DNA of 64,000 nucleotides from NCBI RefSeq assembly GCF_009914755.1, contig NC_060925.1; one strand, given 5' to 3'. This DNA comes from the human T2T-CHM13v2.0 reference genome, Homo sapiens. The notes under the pieces were generated by a model. The model saw only the letters and a program-made list of their open reading frames with translations. It was not told where the DNA came from and searched no databases. The translations under genes were made by a program, and so were the position numbers. This document shows, in pieces, positions 57,299 through 64,000 of the stretch; position 1 is the stretch's first letter, and the number at the start of each line of letters is the position of its first letter.

Positions 57299-60200
57299 CA
57301 ATGCTTAAGATCTTTTGAGACAAAAAGGAGGAAGTGGGAGATAGTTTCAATACCACAGGAAGCTCAGAAAAAAAAACACCCCCCAACCCCCCCAAAAAAC
57401 ACACATGTATTTATTTGATATTTGGCTGTGCAGGTTAAAAAGTTATTTATTTATTTATTTGCTTTTGGAAAAACTCGAGTCAGCTTGATGAGGTCACTTT
57501 TTCCTGCTACTCCTTCTTATTTGGGGAGTAAAGGGACTTCCATGATCTGGATGGATGATTGTGATGAGGAGGTTACCGGGATTGCCCTGAGAGAATGGAC
57601 TGTGAGCTTTCAGGGATGGAAGCTGCATCTTCATCTCTATAATCCCTTGTTTGGCACAGTGTCAGCCTGAGAAGATGCTTGGCGACAAATATGAATTATG
57701 GCACACACTGTTAATTTCTTACCCATGAGCAGTTCCTTTGCTTGCTAACAGAAAATCCTGATTTTGCTTGGATAAACAAAGTGTCCAGTGTCAGGTGATG
57801 ACTCAAGGTTGGTTTAAGCCAGGCTGGGGCCTTTTGTTCCTTTTTGCCTGATACTTGAAAGAGTTTACAGTAGGGACTGTCCTGTGGTCCACTTCTGGAT
57901 AATGAGACATAAGGAGAAGTCTGCTGTGTCCTTCTAAGAAGATTTTCTTCACTGGTTAAAGGCGAGAGACACATCAAGAAAAGCCCCCCTTGACATAGCT
58001 TCCTCCATCTTGTTCCTGGAGTCTGAACTTGGTCATGATGGCTGGAGCTATAACAGCCATCCTGTGATCATGAAGCTCCAAGGGTATAAAGCAGTAATAT
58101 TCAGGAAGGTGGAGCCTTTGGACAAAATGATAAAAGGAATCTGGGGCCTCAGCTACATCACTGAGCCTTTTCAAGTCCTTGCCTTCTTCCTCTTAAATCC
58201 TGTTATGTTACATAACTAAATGTCTTTATTGCAAAAGCCACAAGTAGTCAGGCTTTCTGTTATTCACAGCTGAAAGCATTTCTCTTATTTTCAAATAATT
58301 TCAGACTTATAGAAGAATTAATTGTAAGGCAAAGAACTTTCATGACCTTCACCCACCTTCACCAATTGTTATTTGCCACATTTACTTTCTCCATCTATAT
58401 AGTCTATTCTACTCTATTATCTTTCCCTGAACCATTTGAAATTCAGTTGCAGGCATCCTTCTCCTCTCCCTTAAACATTCCAGAACATATTCCATCAGAA
58501 CAAGAAGACTCTAGTGCTCAAGTTCGGGGAATTTGAGGTTGATGCCATACAATCGTGTAGTCCTTGATAATTGTCTAATATACAGTTCACTTAAAATTTC
58601 GCCAACAGTCCCAATAATGCCCTTTAAGGCACGTTTCCCCTGATCCAGCTGTCATACCTTTTTAGTCTCCCTTAATCTGGAACAGTTCCTCTGCCTCTTT
58701 TTGTCTATCATGGGGTTGACGCCGAAGAACAGTTCAGGTCAGTCCTTGAAGGTCCCTCCATCTGTGTTTGTCTGATGTTTCCTCCAGGGACCGGAATGCT
58801 ACAGAAGCAATGCTGTGTTCTCAGTGTATCACATCAAGAAACACTTGGCACCCATTTGTCCTATTCCTGGTGTTGTTAACTTTGTTCAGCTCATTAAGGG
58901 AGGACCTGCTGGGTTTCTCTACTGTTAAGTTACCACTTTTTCTCTTTGCAATTAATAAACCATATGAGTGGAAGTGCTATGAGACAATGAAAACATACTT
59001 TACCTTCCTAAATTTTCACTCAGTGATGATTCTTCCTTGAATAAACTATTATGATCATGTTTGCAAATGGAGTTTTCTATTATTCCCTCTGTATTTATTC
59101 ATTGGCATTCTACTGTAAGAAAGTCTTCTTCCTTCTTCCCTCCCTCCGTCCCTCCCTCCCTCTCTCCCTCCCTCCCTCTCTTCTTCTTTCTTTTCTTCCT
59201 TCCCTTTTCTTTCTTTCTATAGCTATAGGTTCCCATTTTATTCAATAGACTATAATCTACCATTATCATTATTAATTTGGATGCTCACATCATCCTAGAT
59301 TTGGCCAGTGGAAGCCCCTTGAAGTTGATTGATGTGTCCTTTGACATGTCCCTGTCATTTTTTAAATGCTTCCTTGCTTTCTGGCACCACACAGCACTCT
59401 GGGCTCACCTTGTACTTCCCTACCCCAGCCTTAGCATCAGCCATTTCTACAAGGAGCTCTGAGTCCTTTTAGTGAAGGGTGGTATTTATAAACCACAATC
59501 TGGATGGTTTGTGGATATTGCACAGCATTCAGTCAGAAGCCATGGGAAATGAAGCGACATTTATTGAAACTTGTATTAGTCAAGCAACTTAATGCTAGGC
59601 TAAGTTGCAGTGAGTAATAATCCCTAACCCCAGTGACAGTGCAGAAAAAGAAGGGTTTCATATGTGGAGTGTGATGCATGTCAATGGGAGTTTCCTCCAC
59701 CTGGTGACTCAGGTATCCAGGCACATTCATCTCTGCGGGTCTGCCATCTTGACACGAGGTCATTGCAGAAGGAGAGAGGGTGTAGAGTCATGCCAGTTCT
59801 TAGGTGCTCCTGACAAGGAGATCTGCAGCACTCTGCTCACATTCCTGTTTTCCAGAACTCAGCCAGTACCCAGTGCAACTGCCAAAGAGTCTGGGAAGCA
59901 TAGAGAGTACACGGATAGCTGGAGATCCCTCATCACTACTGTCATGATATGTTCATTTATGCAATACATATCAATGGGTTCACCCCAGTCAGGCTGACTC
60001 CAAGAGGCTAAGATGACTTCACCTTGGGTGGTTTGCAGCTGGGAAAGAAAGGCAAGTCGGCACCGATCGAAGAGATCATTCACTTCAGTGGGCTGTCGAG
60101 CTGTGCTAGAGGCAGGTGCAGTGTGCTGCAGAAATACAGATGGTGACTACTACCCTGGAGTCTTGGGGAGATCCTGGTGTGCATTGGTGTGGGGTTGGAA

Positions 60201-62241
60201 AGGTGAGTTGGCACTCACCCCCTTCAAGAAGAAGTGGGAAGGACATTTCAGACAGGGGCAAGTGCAAACGCACAGGGCCTGAAAGAACTAGGCTGGGAGA
60301 AGAGGATGGCATTGGAATGGGTGGGAGAGGGGTCTGCTGGGGAAAGCTGGGGAGGCAAGAGACGAGGCTGGACAAGCAGATTGTGAAGGGCCACACTGAG
60401 GAGCTGGGGATTAGTACATTAATTTTTATTAATTGGATTAATGATTAATAATGTGGGTGGCAGGGAATCATAGGGAGTGTGAAGAACACTGTGGTTGTGT
60501 TTTAGGAGGATTGCCTTGGTGGTAGAGCGTTGGATGGAGGAGATAGGAGTGGGGGTGAACACATCAACACAGAGACCTGCCCAAAGGCTCTGGCAGCCAT
60601 GCAAGCAAAAAGCGTCGAGGACCTCAATTAGGAGGTAGCACTGGGGATGGATAGAAGGGGTTGGCTGGTGGAGCCATTTTGAGATAATGAATCAATAATA
60701 GCTTCCATCTATTGTGGATTGTCAAGATGTATTATTGGCTCACAATCCTTCCTGGCCTTTCCACATTCCTGCGACTTCCCTGTGGACAGGACAGAGCAGA
60801 TTTCTTGCTGTGCACATGACCAGCTTTGGCTAGAGATGCATGAGCAGAGTTAGTGCATGCCTGGTCTGACTGGAGGCTCTAACTGAATGTGGTGTTGGGT
60901 GGCAGCACTGACCCTACCCCTGCACAATGAGAAGAGCAAGCTCCGGGGAACCACTGGCCTGTGAATGAGACACACAGAAGCAAACAGAGCCTGGCCCCCA
61001 GTCCGAGGCAAGGCTTCCCAGCTCACTGCAAATTATTAGCAAGAAATAAACACTTGTTTTGAGCTGCTGAGCCCCTGGGGCTGTGTGTTATGCAGCAATG
61101 CTGTAAAAACACTTGACCAATACAGGGACTTGCCCTTTCGTAAGTACAGCATCTCATTTACCCATGATATCTCTTCATAGTAAGGATTAGGGATGCCATT
61201 TTAAAGATGAGGCAACTGAGGCTTAGAGAGGTTACGTCACTTGCTTAAGGTTCCAGAGCTGGTAAGTCAGAGAAGGATTTGAAGCCAGGACTGTCTCGTA
61301 AGCCCATCCTTCTGCCTCTGTCTACACAGTGCTGCCTTTCAAAGGTGGCAAGCTCTTGAGTTAGCCATTTTAACCTGCCAGAAACCTCCTTGCTCCTGAA
61401 CTGGGGAGAGGGACTGAGCTTTGGATTTCAAGAGGAGGATCTAGGGCCACCATCAGGGGTCCTGTGCTTGAGGTGATGTGGCTGGCTCATCACCTGAGCC
61501 TTTCCACCTGCCCCTCCCCATCCCCTCCCCTCTACCCTGCTCCCTGCCCTGTGCCAAGCTGAGCACATTGGCAGGGCTGGTGGCTGGGAGCTCAGCATGT
61601 ATCCTGTAGCCACAGAACAGAGCTTTTCTTGCTATAATACAGAGTTCAGTCTTGATATCAGCAGTGGGTGCAGCAAAATCCCACCGATTTTCTTATCAAG
61701 TTTTCCATTTGTGTCAGTGAAGCAAATCCAATTTAAAATACATCTTCAGAAAAAGGAGGGTCAGTGAGTTCAAACAGAAGAATATTTGCTAACTGGATCA
61801 GGAAACCTCGCTCTGTGCTAAACTGTTTGAGGAAAATCCTCTTAGCACAATTTTGCAGGAGCCAGGCATGTGAAAGGATCATTTCCTCACTATCATCCCC
61901 TGAGATCAGGGCTCTGGCTGGATGAAACGAGGCAGCTGCTTAGCTGATTAGAGCCTGTGCTGATGAGGCTGAGCTCTGAAAGTCAACATCAGGGAGAGAT
62001 CTTGGTTTCCAGTAGTTTTTAATTCTTCCCAACTCTTTGTGGGAAAGAGCCTGGGTAAGACAGGACACCAACTACTTGCTCAAAACCACCATCCCCACCA
62101 GACAAGCAGCTCATGGAACCCTCCCTGGGAAAGACTGAAGGCTGTGGAGACCTAGCTGCATATTATATTATATTTTGCATTATAAGGTCTTATCGATACA
62201 GAGAAAACTCTCAATTTCAAAAAATGATGAGAAACTCAGTC

Positions 62242-62535
62242 TTTTTTTTTTTTTAGATAGTCTTGCTCTGTCTCATCTCCCAGGCTGGAGTGCAGTGGCA
62301 CGATCTCAGCTCACTGTAACCTCTGACTCCTGGTTCAAGTTATTCTTCTCCCTCAGCCTCCCGAGTAGCTGGGATTACAGGTGTCTGCCACCTCACCCAG
62401 CTAATTTTTGTATTTTTAGTAGAGATGGGGTTTTGCCATGTTGGTCAGGCTGGTTTGAGCTCCTGACCTCAGGTGATCTACCCACCTCAGCCCCGAAAGT
62501 GCTGGGATTAAAGGCGTGAGCCACCACACCTGGCC
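62242..62535 (-). mobile_element. AluS
   Basis: Antisense dimer; gagaaactcagt occurs on both sides as a likely TSD. Confidence 0.87.
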
Positions 62536-62937
62536 AAAAAATGAAGAGAAACTCAGTGTTTTGGATAACAGGGAGAATGTTTAGTGTTCTAAAAATGTAT
62601 CCTTTCACATGTAAAGCTTCTTGCCTCTGAGCCTTTGCCAGTGCTGTTCCGTCTGCTAGGGTCGTACTTCCACCCTGCATGCTGGTGAATTCCACTTTGC
62701 CCTCCAGCCCAAGCATCATATTTTCCAGACAGTCATTTGCCATGCTGCCCACCAAACAGGCTGTCCCTTGTTCTCATGCCACTGCTGAACATTGTTTATT
62801 CCTTGTGCTAGGCAGGGCTCTGTCAGTTGTAACAACTGAAACTCCACTTAGACATGTTTCAGCTGAAGGGTGACTTATTGATTTTTATAACTGCAAAGAC
62901 CATGGTATGCCTGAATTTGGAGGTTCAAGTAAGTTAT

Positions 62938-63100
62938 TTTCTCTCTCTCTCTCTCTCTCCTCTTCCTCTCCTCCTTCTCATTTTCCTTCTCTTTTTCTTT
63001 CCTCTCCTCCTTCCCTCCGTTCTTCTTTTCCTTCTTTTTCTCTTTCTCCCTCTCTCCTTACTTTTTTCTCTTTCTCTCCTTTTAATTTGCTCTATTCTCT
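62938..63100. repeat. CT-rich low-complexity tract
   Basis: Seen directly. Confidence 0.85.
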
Positions 63101-63706
63101 ATATGGGCCTCGTTCCTTCTACTGCAAATAAGGAAAATGACCACCTGGAAACCCAAAAGGCCCACCACATCCCAGCAGAGCCACCCCAGCTGAAAGAAAC
63201 CCAGCTTCTCTCTCCAGCTTCTACACATCAATCCAGGCCAGAACTCCATCTGACCCTTGTGAGACATGCTTCCACACCTCGGTGGACCACTGAGGCTCGG
63301 GAATTCAGCATAATGATGGGCACTTCTGGGGTCATGGGCCTTCCCTGTAGCTAAGGTGACAAAAGGACAGACTGGTCTGGAATGTCCATGCCAGCTGGCT
63401 TACATGCCCAGCCATTGATGCTGGCTGCTTTCTGGGAGCTCAGTTGTGCTCTAGACCAGAAAACCTCCATGTGGCCTCTCCACATGACCCTCATTTCTCA
63501 GCATGGTGGCTGCGGCCCAACGGGGAGACTCTCATGAGCAAAGTTTCCAAAAGACCAAAGTGGCAGCTGCGAGCCTCCTCATGGCTGAGCCTCAGCCCCC
63601 ATGCAGCATCAGAGCCACTGCAGTCTTGGCTTCCCAGGAGGCCAGCCCAGAAGCAGCAAGAAAGGGGACCTGGAAACCAGGAGGTTTGGTTCGAGGGAAG
63701 GCCCTC

Positions 63707-64000
63707 TGATATAATTTGGATATTTATCTCCACCCAGATTTCAAGTTAAATTGCAGTCTCCAGTGCTGGAGTTGGGGCATGGTGGGAGTTGTTTTGACCA
63801 TGGGGGTAGATCCCTCATGGCTTGCTGCTGTCTTTGAGATAGTGAGTTCTTGTGAGATCTGGTTATTTAAAAGTGTGTGGCATGTCCCTCCCCACACCCA
63901 CCGACTCTCTCTTCCTTGTTCCTGCTTTGGCCACATGATGTGCCTGCTCATGATTGTAAACTTCCTAGGCCTCCTTAGAAGCCAAGCAGATGCCAGCACC
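63707..64000 (+). mobile_element. MST (MaLR) LTR, cut by the window end
   Basis: tgatataatttggatattt...agtgagttcttgtgagatctggtt...aagccaagcagatgccagcacc. Confidence 0.8.

Overview
Primate (human or great-ape) genomic DNA, Alu-dense. It carries an intron-containing (duplicated, unprocessed) pseudogene copy of the proton-channel gene OTOP1 on the + strand at ~12.3-44.2 kb, preceded by the 3' end of a TMEM128 copy. This is the TMEM128-OTOP1 order of 4p16, so the window is most likely a segmental-duplication paralog rather than the parent locus. OTOP1 exons 1, 2, 4, 5 and 6 are present with canonical GT-AG ends; I could not find exon 3 on either strand. Lesions relative to the OTOP1 protein as I recall it: a 9-nt LLW deletion and a +5-nt insertion in exon 1, a 5-nt deletion with an immediate TGA in exon 4, +9/+4/-3 indels in exon 5, and FYR->FYA in exon 6. 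The rest is interspersed repeats (Alu, L1, HSMAR2, MaLR/ERV1 LTRs, MER DNA transposons) and microsatellites. Most notable: (1) the exon-1 frameshift and the exon-3 loss cancel each other, giving an open 204-aa spliced ORF; (2) three separate local inverted duplications cluster around exon 1/intron 1; (3) paralog-specific differences could explain recurrent false OTOP1 variant calls; (4) orphan promoter-like motif clusters lie at ~50-52 kb. I see no convincing new protein-coding system. Comparisons with OTOP1, TMEM128 and repeat consensus sequences are from memory and need confirming by alignment; repeat boundaries are approximate.
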